Positions 1 through 12,940 of a stretch of 64,000 nucleotides of DNA are shown here, one piece after another; positions within the stretch are counted from its first letter, which is position 1; every line of letters begins with the position of its first letter. The position numbers and the translations under genes are program-made. Location: assembly GCF_009914755.1 (NCBI RefSeq), contig NC_060935.1. One strand, 5' to 3'. The notes under the pieces were generated by a model. The model was given only the letters and a program-made list of their open reading frames with translations. It was not told the origin of the DNA and did no database searches. The stretch is from the human T2T-CHM13v2.0 reference genome, Homo sapiens.

Positions 1-1119
1 TGGCACATACTAAGCTAGGAATATATAGTATTGCCTATTTTTGTTACCTAAGGTCAGATCCAAGTTTGGAAACTATGTCTGCCTCATTCCAAGCTCACGT
101 TCTTTCCACCCTACCTCTCTGCCTCCCAAGTACGCAGCTGAGTACATGAAAAGACAGACGGCTTGCACCATGAAAGTGGAGGGCATAGCAGGGCTTTGGT
201 TAGATGAATGGGTAAATTAAGAACAACGTCATCCAAAGAAGTCATATCTCGAGTTGTTAATTGAAACCTTCACAGGTTGGTCCCAGACATGCCATCTTTA
301 TAACAGTAACCAAGCTGAGGGATCCGCTACAAACCAAACTTGTGGGAAGCTTCCTTTGTACAACTAGTCTGAACTGGCACTGTAGAGGTGGTTGAGTGGA
401 GCCGGCCAATCTGAGGGCCTAGCCCAGGACAGGACCAAGAATGGAACATTTTCATTGACTGGGCTTCTTAATGGTTCCTCATTGTTCTGAGGGCAGAAGG
501 AAAGCCCTTTTTTCTCCCAGCAGGCATGGTTGTAATGAGAGCTGGACCTTGTGATCAGTTGGCCATTAAGGTGCCCCAAGGCATGGCCAGCTGCCCAATG
601 GTGCTTTACCAATAACCACAGGCCAAATTCAATGACTATTCTGTCTCTTGGTCACATTTTTCAAAGAGATGGACAATGTGTTCCTAGAATGGCTTGGGCA
701 GAATGGGCCATGTGATTTTGGGAACAAAACTTAGCTAGGCTTTTTGTGCTTTAATCTACACAAGACAATAGTGAGTGACACAAAGTTTTTTGCAGGAACC
801 CCCATTCGCCCACACAGAGCCAGAGAATGACTCATGGCTTAGTGCCCCCTTTCCCAGGGAATACAGATCCTCTCTTGTGTTTTGCAAACAATGGGCCCCC
901 AGCCTCAGAATATTTTGCCTCTTCTTCCAAGTGAAACCTCAACACCTTCAGTGAATTTTGGGTTATTCCAATCCTTCCGTTCATCTTGGTGGGACAGAGG
1001 ATAGGGTAGAAATGGGGTCTTAGTCAAGATAATTGTGATCCCACTTTCAGCGGTCTTTGGAAGACTTTGAACAAAATTAGCTACTCATGGCAATGTGGCA
1101 CTTTAAAAATAATTATAAT

Positions 1120-1600
1120 ACTAGTCACGGATATCGATTGAGCACAGCCTCTGTATCAGCATAATGCATAGCACCAGATATGTATCATTCATTTAATCCT
1201 CACAACATCCCATGAGGTAGATGCTACTTCCTGAAGAGAACTGGAAATGACCACTCTAGGACTTAGCAACTTTGGTTCTAATTCTGTCTCTTTAGTCACC
1301 TTGCTACATGACCTTCAACAAATCACATTTTCTTTCTGAGCTTCAGTAGCCTCACCTATAAAATGGAGAAGATAGTACCTGCTGTACCTTCTTTGAAGTT
1401 ACTATGAAGATTAACACAGGTAATTATTGTGAACAAGGCACCTGTTTAAGCATCTTACACTTTAGGTAGCCCTTGAGGAAACCAGGGCTGACAGAGGTGA
1501 AGCTACTTTTCCAAGGAGCACAGCTGGTAGGTAGACCCAAATATTTGAACGCTTATCTGTTTGACCTTTGAAGTCAACCTTCTTAAATAGCAAGTGTGAA
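1120..1600. mobile_element. Cluster of MIR fragments (alternating -, +, -)
   Basis: MIR core motifs: atttaatcctcacaacatcccatgaggtag; ctgagcttcagtagcctcacctataaaatgg; ccaaggagcacagctggtag. Confidence 0.65.
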
Positions 1601-1974
1601 AGCACTTTGAAAAAATATCTGAAAAAATGCTGTTACTACTGAGTCTAAGTAAATCACTTTCAAATTTCCTTTAGCTTGGTAATACATATGCCATTTGACT
1701 CCTCCCCCTGCCCTAGAGTTTGGAAATATTGAAAATACTCTTTCAATGTTAAGTAAGTATTAGTTGCTTATAGTTGCTTAATCATATTGGTTGAACCCTT
1801 TTGGGATGTTTAAAATTTCAAGTCCTCTGAGGCCACAAGGCCCACTAAACGTCATTGTTGAGTGTTAACTGGCCGGGCTGATTCTAGACAGAGGAAGGAG
1901 AAAATGAGGAATTTGATTCAAAATCACTTGTTGGCATGAGGAAGCAATCAGATAAGTTTAGATTATGAATCATT

Positions 1975-2455
1975 ATTTAAGACAACAGGCCAGGGATCTT
2001 CAAAAATGTCAGTGTCATGAAAGACATGAAAAAGTTTTAAAGCAGGTGAAGGACTCTTCTAGAAAAGAGTACCAAAGCTATGACAACCAAATCCGATGAG
2101 AGATTCTTGAGTAGCTCCTGGATGAGGAAAACCATAAATGCTACAAAGGTCATTTGTGAGAAAATTGGAGATATTTGATTGTAGATTGTGTATTAGATAG
2201 TATTATTCTATCCATTTCAATGGTATTGGGGTTATGTAAGGAAATGTCCTTTTTCTTGGGAGCTATATGCTGAAATATTAGAAGGGAAGTATCTTGATGT
2301 CAGTAAGTAACTTAACTCTCAATTAGGAAAAATAAGGTGAGAACATCTGCAGAAAGAAGAAAGAAAATGCAAAATGTTAACAACTGGTGAATCTAGGCAA
2401 AGATATATGTGCACGTCTTTCAACTTTTCTGTAGGTTTGAAATTTTTAAAAACAA
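1975..2455 (+). mobile_element. Old L1 3' end (L1ME/L1MC-like)
   Basis: Typical motifs aaaatgttaacaactggtgaatctagg and tttcaacttttctgtaggtttgaaattttt. Confidence 0.7.
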
Positions 2456-2879
2456 AACAAAGTCCTGCCTGAATAGTATTTGTCACCGATGCCCCTGATA
2501 TTTATGAGAACATAAATGAAATAGGAGTGTGTGTATGTACTCACAATAGCCTGGCCAAATTTGTTTCATGAGGTTTAAGTTCTGGACTCTTTATCTTCTT
2601 TCTGGTATAGTGTGAAAACTTTGGCTTAATTCCTTGTTCTTTCATGAGAATGGTTGCTGACATTTTCTGGAAATAAATCACAAGATTCAGTTTCATTTGG
2701 TAATCTTTTATAAAAATCTAAGGTGTTTCCAAGGTTGCAAATACAAAATAAATTTTTTAAATGAAGTAATTTTTTAAAAAAAATTTAAAACCTCTGACTG
2801 AGCCCTGCTGGTCTAGGCACTGAGAAGGTAAGGAGTATGATTGGAAGCAAGCTTTTCTCTTTTGCCTGACTGAATCCTC

Positions 2880-3120
2880 CCACACTTTACCCACACAAAA
2901 TCAGTTTAGTGTTACCTCCTCCAGGAAGCCTTCTGCCACCACCATGGTCCTAATACAGTGTATCTTCTATGTGTTCCATAGCCTGGCCATTAGCCCCTCA
3001 GCTTGGACTGCGATTGCTTATTTTGCTGGACCATGACTTCCATGAGGTCAGGGCTGTGTCTCTCCTGATTCCTGCTGGCACAGGATCTATACATAATAAG
3101 TTTTTAGTTAATATTTGCAG
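2880..3120 (+). mobile_element. L2 3' fragment
   Basis: cctcctccaggaagccttc ... catgaggtcagggctgtgtc ... ggcacag ... aatatttg. Confidence 0.6.
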
Positions 3121-3669
3121 AAGAAAAGAAGGGTAAGGGGAGATAAAAGAAAGCATTGGAAAACAGTAGTAAATAGATATTGAACTCGAGCTGTGGATGG
3201 ATCTTGCAGAACTCCCTCTTAGGATGTGAACTGAGAAGGTCATGTGATGGTGGGTGGCCAAGCGTAGGAGACAGAGACACAGAGTGGGCAACCTGAACAC
3301 TGTCTGGAGCCAGCATCAAAGCTCTCCAACACCAGGTCTTAGGGAAACTTGCCTGGTCTGGCTGAGTAGAGGGCGGAGGCAGATTCCTTTGCACAAGGCT
3401 GTTTATGATATCCAAACTCTCTGGCTGCTGCGATGGAAGAAGAGCTGTGAGGATGTAATAATGGCACTGCAGCAGACTGGAGGGGTTGAGAGGGAGATAA
3501 CACCATGGGCTTTGGCAAGTTTGGGCAGATTCCTGCCCCCCACCCCCAACCGCCCCTACCTTGGATGGAGGACCTGAGAAGGGTTCTGAGGGGGTTTTAG
3601 TTGGTTAGGAAAGGGAGAAGGTTTAGAAAAGCCTAGGATAGGACAGAGTTTCCAGGAATGATGATCACA

Positions 3670-3905
3670 GCAACCATTTATGTGCCATTTCCTTACATAA
3701 TCTCATTTAATCCTCAAACGAACTTTCTGAGCTGATATTATTGAACTTACTTTACCAGTAAGAAGAAAAATAGGAGTCAGTGAGAGGACTAGCCTTAGAG
3801 GAGTTCTGGGACTTTTTTGGGTCACACAGCTGGTATAGACAGTGTGTGGCAGGATTTGAACTGAGGTCTTTCTGATTCCCAAACCTGTGCTTTTAACCAC
3901 TGCCT
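3670..3905 (-). mobile_element. MIR
   Basis: tctcatttaatcctcaaa ... ggtcacacagctgg ... ggatttgaactgaggtct ... cttttaaccactg. Confidence 0.75.
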
Positions 3906-4519
3906 TCTTTTGCCAGTAATTGAAGGAGGCCTGAGTCCCATATGAGCTACTGCTTTAGATAATCAAACCTCCAGACCCTCCTCTTCTTGGAGCCTACTCC
4001 CTGCTTCCCTGGTCTCGGCCCTTCTTGCTGCTTCCCCCTCGTTGGGGCCTTCTGTGCCTGTGCCAGCTTGTTGCCAGAGGCTCTGTGTTTATAGGATGAG
4101 GAGCCCTATTTGGCCTTTGCCCACATCCTGCTGCAATCTGGGCAGGATCTCCTTGTCCTACTGCTGTGGCTGCTGTCCCCCAGGTGACCCCCGTGCTGCC
4201 GGCCCAGCAGGGTCCATGTGCCTAACAGCTGGCAGGACCTTGTTCCTGTCCTCCTGCCACATGCTGGCTGCAGCTCTGCAGACAGTCCCCATTTCATGCT
4301 GATTTGCTTTGATTCTTTTCAGACCTGGGAGTGACTCATGTTTACTTCAAAATGTGTGGGCCACAAGTGTGCCAGAGCTGTCAGACCTTCCGGTGTGCAA
4401 GCTTTGATCGTTAGAAGACAAGCCTTGAAGGAAAAAACCTCCATTTAGGTGACAAAACCAGATTTAGAATAACCTGGCTTACTTGGGATATCTGCTTAGT
4501 GATCTGTGCCTTTAAGTAC

Positions 4520-4700
4520 TAGAGACTTAGGACATCTGAGCCAGAGGAGACCTATGAGGCCATCTGTTCCCATAGCTCCATTGTACAGATGAAGAAACCA
4601 TGACCCAGAGAGGAGTGTGACTTGCCTCCAGTCACCCAGCTCCAAAGAGCAGAGTAAAAACCAGAACCCAAGCCTTCTGACTGTGGACCAGTATTTTCAT
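4520..4700 (-). mobile_element. MIR3/MIRc-like
   Basis: cattgtacagatgaagaaaccatgacccagagagg ... agtcacccagct ... agaacccaagccttctgact. Confidence 0.65.
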
Positions 4701-4814
4701 CTCAGTTAGTAATCAGATGTTCTGCTCTGAAAGGCCTGATAGCTTAAAGATTGGAACCAGCCCTATGCTATATATTTTTTCCCCTCCTTCTACCAAGTAG
4801 TTAAAATGAGTATC

Positions 4815-4965
4815 TTTTTTTAAGAGACTGGGTGTCTCTCTGTCACCTAGGCTGGAGTGGCGTGACCATGGCTCACTGCAGCCACAAACTCCTGGGCTCA
4901 AGGGATCTTCCTGCCTCAGCCTCCCAAGTAGCTGGCATTACAGGTGTGAGCCACCACACCTGGCC
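4815..4965 (-). mobile_element. Free Alu monomer (FRAM-like)
   Basis: A single ~150-bp Alu arm with AluJ-type sequence. Possible TSD AATGAGT at 4805-4811 / 4969-4975. Confidence 0.8.
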
Positions 4966-5519
4966 CAGAATGAGTGTTCTTAATTGCTTCATATTAGGAA
5001 GCTTTTGCACTTGGCTCAAAGAATCAGAAAAATAGGGCCTCTTTGTGGATGGTATAAGTGTGGCAATAGGCCAACACTGACCACCTCCCATAGTCCAGAC
5101 ACTTTACATACATTATCCCCTTTAAGTCTCACAAGGGCACTGGGGGCATTTCATCCCCATTCTATGTATGAGGCTCAGAGGAGGTCAGTAACTTGACCAA
5201 GACCACATGGAGCCAGTACTGGGACTGTCTAATTTCAAGTCCATGTTCTTTCTACCCAGCCTCTTAGACCCTTGCTAGCTGGAAGCCAGAGAGACCTGGG
5301 TTAAGTTCCTACTTCCCCATTTATTTACGAGGAATCTCACCTTCCTAATGCTAGGGCGAGGCCTGGGGCACAGTAGGCACTTAAGAAATAGTTGTTGAAC
5401 TGCAGCTTGGACAGGTCTGCCCTGTCAAGCCTCAATTTCCCTGGGTGGTTATAGCATTTCAACACATTGTGCAAGCTAAAGCAGTTCATGTATGTAAAAG
5501 TGTGAGGCAGATAAGATCA

Positions 5520-5750
5520 CTGTTATTTACTGAGCACTTACTATGTGCTTGATATTCTCAGCATTTTATGTGGATTTTCCCATTTAATTGCCATAAAAGC
5601 AGTAAACACTGAGATGGATACTTTTGTGATTGTTTCCATTGTACAGATGAGCTGGGGCAGGTAAAGCATAAGCAACTTGCCCAAGGTCACACACCCAGTG
5701 AGTGGAGGCGCCAGGTCTGAATCTCAGGCAGTGACTACAGAGCTTGCCTC
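5520..5750 (-). mobile_element. MIR
   Basis: atttactgagcacttactatgtgc ... cattgtacagatgag ... acttgcccaaggtcacac. Confidence 0.75.
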
Positions 5751-7135
5751 CTTCCCCACAGCATGGTCCTCCCTCAGTGCTGCCGCCCACTAAACCCAAG
5801 TCTAGTTGAGGGTGGGGAAGAGAGACACATGCAACTGAGGACACAGAAAGGGAAAGCAACTTGTTTAAGGTCCCCCAGCAAGTGAGAGGTCATAAAACCC
5901 AGCAAAGACTTGCTGTCTAAAGTAACACGGGGCCTTGGTCTTTCAAAAGTATTCCCTCTCTAATGGAGAAGGACACGATGTCCTGGAAAGTACTCCTAAA
6001 CTAGAGACGGTCACCAGGAATCCCGACTGCCTGGTGGACTCCATGGCTTTCCTCTTTGGTCCTTGCCTCTCACTCATTTGGAATCATTCCTTCTCTGGAT
6101 TGCAGAGCAGAAACCAATATAAATTTGACCCAGTCTCTAGAAATGTTTACCTGGCTAAAAATATGCCAGCTTTGTCATATTTTTAGCCACATTTAGATTT
6201 GAAGTATATGAATTGCCCACACCCATGTATTAGGCATGAACTGTTGGTACATTTTGTAACAGGACCTGCTAGTTTTCCATTCCAAAGAACTGGAATTCAG
6301 TCAGAAATTTGTCATTTGCAAATACCAACTCTCGCTACATTCCATTGCTGTTTTTAAGAGTGTCTCGTCACCTGGATTGTGAGGAAGCAGGCCATGGGCG
6401 AGGCCAGGCTGGCTGGGCTGCCTTGGTGCATTCCCCAGGTCTGGTGGCTTCTAATCGACCTCTGCCTGGCTCTGCCGAGGCCCTCGCCGTTCTGCGGTGT
6501 GTTGCCTTTGGATTAGCATAAGGGCAGACAGGGTGCTTATTTTAGAACTGGAAGGAGAGGAGATATATCAATAAAAGAAATGGGAAAGGAAAAATCCCTT
6601 CAGTGGTTTAAAAATATCTCTTCCTTAACAGGCTAGATTATTTCATTTCTTAAAAACAACTAGTAATTTTCTCCTCTGAAACAGCATTGGAAAGAGAGGC
6701 GTGTCAGACTAAAAAAGGAGGGGCTGAAATGGTGGCCTGTAGTTTTCACTCCCCTGTCCTGTTCCTATAGGATAGGTTATTTTCCCCAGTCTCCCAAAGC
6801 CTTCCTATTGACTCTGGAACCTTAGAACTATATCACAAAGACTCTGTTTTCTTACCCCTTCATTTTGAAGATGAGGATGCCACGCCTCAGGGCCTTTGCA
6901 CTTGCTGCTCTTCCTGCATGGAATGTCTTCCCCAGATACCAACAGCACTCACTCCCTCAGCTCCAGTTCTTTGCTTTGATGTTACCTTATCAGAGAGGTG
7001 CCTTTCCTGAGTTTAGAACTGACTGTGAGCTGCCCACAGTAGAATGTGGGAATCAGGGTTGCCAACAGGCACGATTCCACTTTGTTTTCAGATTTTCTTT
7101 TTTATTTTTCTTTTCTGCCCACTTTTTGTGATCTA

Positions 7136-7300
7136 AACACTTGCTAACAAAAGTATGGTCTGTGGCCTGGTTGTAATGGCATCACCTGGAAGCTTGTTAG
7201 AAATGCAGAATCCCAGGCCTTGCCCCAGACCTGCTGAATCAACATCTGTATTTTAATAAGATCCCGGATGACATATACAGAAATGAAAGTTTAAGAAACA
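7136..7300. mobile_element. MER5 (hAT-Charlie MITE)
   Basis: gcatcacctggaagcttgttagaaatgcagaatcccaggccttgccccagacctgctgaatca. Confidence 0.8.
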
Positions 7301-8755
7301 GAAGAGCATTTATGCCCTCAACCCCTTCAGAAGAAGAATCTAAGAGAAACCCCATCCCACAAAGTACTGTCGCCACCTCTGTCTGGAGGCACAGGCCCAA
7401 CTGCCTCAAATAACCCCCTATGGTTGAAGATGGGAGGGATGGATGGAGTCACCCTAGAAGAGGACCTCATAAGACAGACTTCCGAAATCCATAGCTACTC
7501 TGTTTCTTACATCTCTCATGTTGCTTAGGGTAATTCACCTGTACACTGGGCTTTGTAGCTAATGTTTGGTCACCATGACCAGAGACTGTTATCTACTTGG
7601 TAGCTGCAGAGGGAAGGGAAACCCAGTCTTCAACCTGGGAGTGCAGCAGTAATTAGAGGGCCTTGACTCCCCACTCTGCCAGGTGTGCCTGGGCTGGTTG
7701 AGATAGCACCTTTCAGGAGCTGGAGGTAGTTCCATCCAGCCCGTCTCACAAATGGCTGTGAATGCCTCTCTAGATCCTTCAGCAAAGACAGGTCAGCTAT
7801 TCCCACAGTCTGAATAGAAACCAACTCCCACAGTCCTTTGCTGTTTGGAAATCTTCCAGTTCTTGAGTCCCCCAAATCACATTGCATCATTCTAGCATGT
7901 GGTTATGTAGGAGGCAGGATGCTTCCCAGGGCACCAGTGGGAGGGGCTCACTCCCTCTCCATTGCCTTGTCTAATGCTCAGGGAAGCCCTCTCAATGGGC
8001 AGGTGCTGTGCAAATCTAATCTGCCTGTGGAGGCATTTCTTTCAATCACCCTGCAATTGTGCATTGATTTGGGGAAAGCCCATTGATAAGAGTAGAGCAG
8101 AATAACTGAGCTCCTGAATTAGGCTGCTTGATGAAATTATTGTCTAATGCTGATGTTGGAGCCTTTTTCCCTTGTTCTGTGTAAATCAGGGCTATTTTAA
8201 AGCTGTCACATGATCACTGATGCCATAGAAACTGCCTGACCTTGTGCACACCTGTGTCTCAGTCAGGCATGGACCACCACAGGTGGAGGAAGAGGACTTA
8301 GTGACAGAGGTGTAGCTTCACTCCAGAGTCTGCACGAGGAAGGAAGGTAGTAGAGGATGCTGTGGAGCACTTTTTGGTTTCTCCTAGCTTTGTCCAGCTC
8401 TCCTAGCTTTGTCTCATTTAACCCCATTGAAACCACCTGGAGGAATGACTACTCCAGCCACTCTGGAGTCCAGACCTGGTCCTGAGCAGGGACAGGGAAG
8501 CTGTCCTATGACTGAGAGATGATGTTTTGGCACCAAGAAGGTTTCTGTGTGTGTGCATGCATGTGTTTGTGTTTGCATGCACATGCGTCGAGATGCTCCT
8601 TGAGAGGTTGTAGAAAGTCCACTTTGGCCACTGGCATCACCATAGCATATGAGACAGTATGGTGAGCCTGAAAGAGCACTGTTCTTAGAGTCAAAAACAT
8701 TAAGTTCTCTTTCTAGACCCTCATTTAGCAAGCTTCATGACTCTGGGCGCATATT

Positions 8756-8908
8756 CAGTGGTTCTTCACCAGCCGTGTGTAGAATTGTCCAAATAATCCA
8801 CCAGCCCTGATGTCTCCCATAGATTCAGGCCTGGAGTGGCACTTTGGCATCTGTATTTCTTAGGGCTCTGCAGGAGATTCTGATGCACACCCTGGGGTGA
8901 GATCTGAA
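8756..8908. mobile_element. MER5A-like
   Basis: cagtggttct start; ggcatctgtattt ... ggagattctgatgcaca. Confidence 0.6.
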
Positions 8909-8939
8909 TTTGAGACTAGCCCCCTCAGAGAAGTCAGGA

Positions 8940-9175
8940 TAGTGAAGTGGAAAAGAGCGAGTGGTCATTGCCACACAGACCAGGGTTTGGATTTCAGCTC
9001 TGTCCACGTACAGCAGCATGGTCTTAGGCAAGCTGCTAAACCCTGCCTCTGCTTCCTCATCTGCACCACAGGCACCATAGCAATGACCTCACAGGGCTGC
9101 TCTCAGCACTAAATGCGATCATGTGGATGAGGCATGTGGCAAATGCCTGGCATGTGAGTACACCGTAAATGTTAC
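8940..9175 (+). mobile_element. MIR
   Basis: agtgaagtggaaaagagc ... cttaggcaagctgctaaacc ... cttcctcatctg ... cctggcatgt. Confidence 0.7.
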
Positions 9176-9423
9176 ATCTTGGGTGTGAGTATGTCTGTGT
9201 GTGTTTTCTGCTGTACTGTTATATATGGATAGAATCCTCTCAAGAAAAGTCCAAGGCAGAACTCAATCAAGAAATGAGATGGCAGTGCTCTATTATATTA
9301 GTGTAATTTGGTAATAAGGAAACCAATTAATTCATTCTTTGTTATTAATAGCAAGGAACGTATGCAGAGAAAGGTCCTATGGGGCAAGAGAGAGATGCCA
9401 AGAGTGCACCCCTTCCTTCATGA

Positions 9424-9614
9424 CAGTAGTTCTTAAACTTCAATGTACTCAGGATTACCCAGGGAGCTTGTTAAGTGTGCAGAATCATGGGCCAGAGCAT
9501 CAGAGAGTCTGATTTTGCAGATCTGGGGTGAGGTCCAAGAATTCATATCTTTGAAAAATATGACCAAGTGAGTGTGCATAAGATGGTCTGTAGCCTTCAC
9601 TCTGACAAAGACTG
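9424..9614. mobile_element. MER5B-like
   Basis: cagtagttcttaaactt ... agggagcttgttaa ... tctggggtgaggtccaagaatt. Confidence 0.7.
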
Positions 9615-10369
9615 GTCTAGATTAGAAGATGAAATTGGAAGACTGAGGGAAGGAGGGAACTGGGTGACTTGGAGCAAGCAGGAATGGGATCCTAGAAGAT
9701 GGGAGAGGAGCTGAGGTTTGAATGCATGCAAGATCCCGAGAAAACAGGGAAGCATACTTTGGATTTGGTCTGATGAACAGACGGTGGAGAGCTCTGGTGG
9801 ACAGGAAGCTCTGGCTCTTCTCCCTGCTGCCATTGGCAGGAGATGCCAGGTTGGGTAGGCATCACACTGGGAATGTCAGCCACTAGGAAGGGTTTACTGA
9901 GAATCCTGGTGAAATATAATGAACCCAAGGCATGTGTCTCTTTGTCCTCTCTTTAAGGCCCAAGATGGCTGGCTTTAAGTTGCCTAACTGTGCCCATAGA
10001 GTTGAGCTTCTTTTTATCTATTTCCTTATTCAGAAATGAGGGCTTGAAGCAGCCTGCAGTGGTAGACCTGGAAGTATAAAGTAGATTTGTGATGCTCAGG
10101 GCACCAGAGTGGGCTAGCAGAAAGGGCACCAGAGATGATAGGAGATGTTGAGTGCCATTTCTCCTTATTAGGGGCTGTGTTGGCTGAGAGGGGCCACAGC
10201 TGAATCTCAGGTCTGCAGGGGACCCATGTTCCATGATAAAGTCTGAACCAAGACATCCCTGTAACAGTGGCCTTTGGATCTGCAACCTATAGGAGAGCAA
10301 ATTTTGGGGGGTCTTCACTGGATCAGGAAGAGCTACAAATAAGAATGGAGAGGGGAAGGGGTTGTGTAC

Positions 10370-10570
10370 TCAGCACTTACTATGTGCCAGGCTCCACATT
10401 CCATGCTTACATGATGTTTGTAATCTAGCCTCCACCTTAGGAGGTAGATAGCTCTAGTTTTACAGATGAAGAAAGAGATGCCCAGAGAGGTGAAGCAACT
10501 CACAGCTTTACACAGCCAGGATTTGGTAAAGCCTGGGCTTGAACTTGCATCTATCTGGTTTCTGTCATGA
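10370..10570 (-). mobile_element. MIR
   Basis: agcacttactatgtgccaggc ... ttttacagatgaagaaa ... gcccagagaggtgaag. Confidence 0.75.
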
Positions 10571-11314
10571 ATCTTCCACAGTTCTATGGTGAATGTGTTG
10601 GGGACCTTGATTCTTGGTCCTCAGGTGCAAGTGCCTCGGAAGCCCAGTTCCCCTCGGCAGGGTCGGGGGTTCAGTGTGGGCAGAGTGCCCTGGAGTCCTG
10701 TGACTTGTGGGGCATTTCTGTGCCCTCTGTCAACAATCCAGCCTTCAGTAACGTTGTGCTGCTGCCGGCTGCTTTCACCACATCCAGACCCCCCACCCAC
10801 ACAGGCGAAGGTTTTGGCCAAGGGCACCCTGGAGGGGGAGGAAAAAGTGCCTTCCAGAGGGGCTTGTTGCAAAGCCCCTGAATGGACCCATTGAGGCTCC
10901 AGGGCAGGATGACAATGGGCCTGTTGGGGCCCTCGGTCTGCTGAGGTGACAGGGCTGGGGCCGGGCAGGCAGTGCAGTGCTGGCTCAGAGGCCAGACGCT
11001 GACTTCCAGGGCTGGGAGCCAGCGCTTCTGACGTGCTCCGAAATGCCAGCTTTGCTTAATGGGGAGCAGCTGGGGTGGGCTCCGCATAACTCCCTATGCC
11101 AGGAAGGCAGCGTGAACCCAGTTCCTCAGGCTACAGCCGCTCTTTTCCTCCTCCCGGCCTGGCACTGCTCCCCCTTCCTGAGCCAGGCCTTGCTCACCGG
11201 ACACCAGGATCATAGTCAGCTCCTTCTAGTGTCCCCTTGGTCCTCAGGGGCATTCTTTTCAGCCTGATTGGATAAATAACACCCCTTCCCCAATAGTCTA
11301 GCCTGCCTACAGGT

Positions 11315-11546
11315 GCAGCTGCCAGCTAACATGCAGCATGCCCAGTGAAATTTGAATTTTAAATAAATGATGAAAAAATTTTAATTATATTTAAATATGT
11401 AATAAATGACAAAGCCTGAACCAAGATATGAGTTCATTTTGTGGGTCATGGGACACACTTAAACCAAAAAATTATTTGCTGTTTATCTGAAATTCAGATT
11501 TAACTGGGCATCCTCTATTTTTATGTGCTAGATCTGATGACCCTAC
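11315..11546. mobile_element. MER53 (palindromic hAT MITE)
   Basis: Inverted arms 11338-11367 / 11482-11511 (26/30) with the MER53 motif atgcccagt-aaatttgaattt. Right end gctagatctgatgacccta. Confidence 0.8.
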
Positions 11547-11829
11547 CCAAGGCAGCCATGATGGATACCCATGTGGGGTTACTAGGACTTAGTTAGGTTT
11601 TCCTTTATGCCACCAAGGTGGGGGATAGGGAGAAGGAGGCCTCTCTGTGCCCACCCTCCACCTCCCATTTCCTGTACATAAAATGCTGGATGCCACACTT
11701 AGTAGGTCTTACTCACAGGCAAGCATTGCCCCCAGTGTTACCCACACCACCCTCCCTTCTAGGAGCTGCAGCTTTCTCCCTGGCTCCCACAGTGGGAAGG
11801 GAAGCTTTGGGATACAATTGCAGTTGGTG

Positions 11830-12050
11830 ACTATTTACTGAGCACCTGCCTATCACACTGGGCTGAACCCTGGCAATTTAATGAGAATGAGACAGATGTA
11901 GGCTTTGCTCTCAAAAGAGCTTACAGGCTAGTAGGGGAGAGAGGCATTTGAACAAAAGAGCAACTATAATTCAGTGAACCATAAACACTGTGGGTAGGTG
12001 GCAGGGGTTGTTGGGGGGATAGTTATTGAGGGAGGTATCTCAGAAATTCC
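11830..12050 (-). mobile_element. L2 fragment
   Basis: tatttactgagcacctgc ... agacagatgtaggctttgctctcaaaagagcttacaggctagtaggggaga. Confidence 0.6.
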
Positions 12051-12458
12051 AGGAGAGCATCTCACTCGCACCTGTAGGACCAGGATAGAGGTCTTAGAGT
12101 CAGGAGATTTGAGATGAAATCCTGGGCCACGTCATTGAGTTGAGTAGCTATGTGGGCATGGGCCGATCATTTAACCTCTTGAGCCTTGATTTTCCTTATC
12201 TAGAAAGTGGGAACAATTTTCCTTGCTTTAGGGACCAATGTGAGTTTCCAAGTAAAATGATTAATGTGAACATGTATTGCTAACTGCAGGGTCCTAGATC
12301 AAACAAATGTGTGTGTTTGTGTGTATGTGTGAAGTCAGAGGTAGGAGTTGAAGGATAGGGAAAATACAGAGGGGTTAGGAATGCTTGGGCCCCATCCCTG
12401 CTCTGTGGCTTGTACAGTATTTTGCTGTTTGCAAAGGATAATGATTAAGAGTATGGGC

Positions 12459-12940
<482 letters not shown>

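Noticed and set aside
7362-7386. Second CTCF-like site (also ~57172-57188)
   Set aside because: Only half of the core matches; too weak to call by eye.
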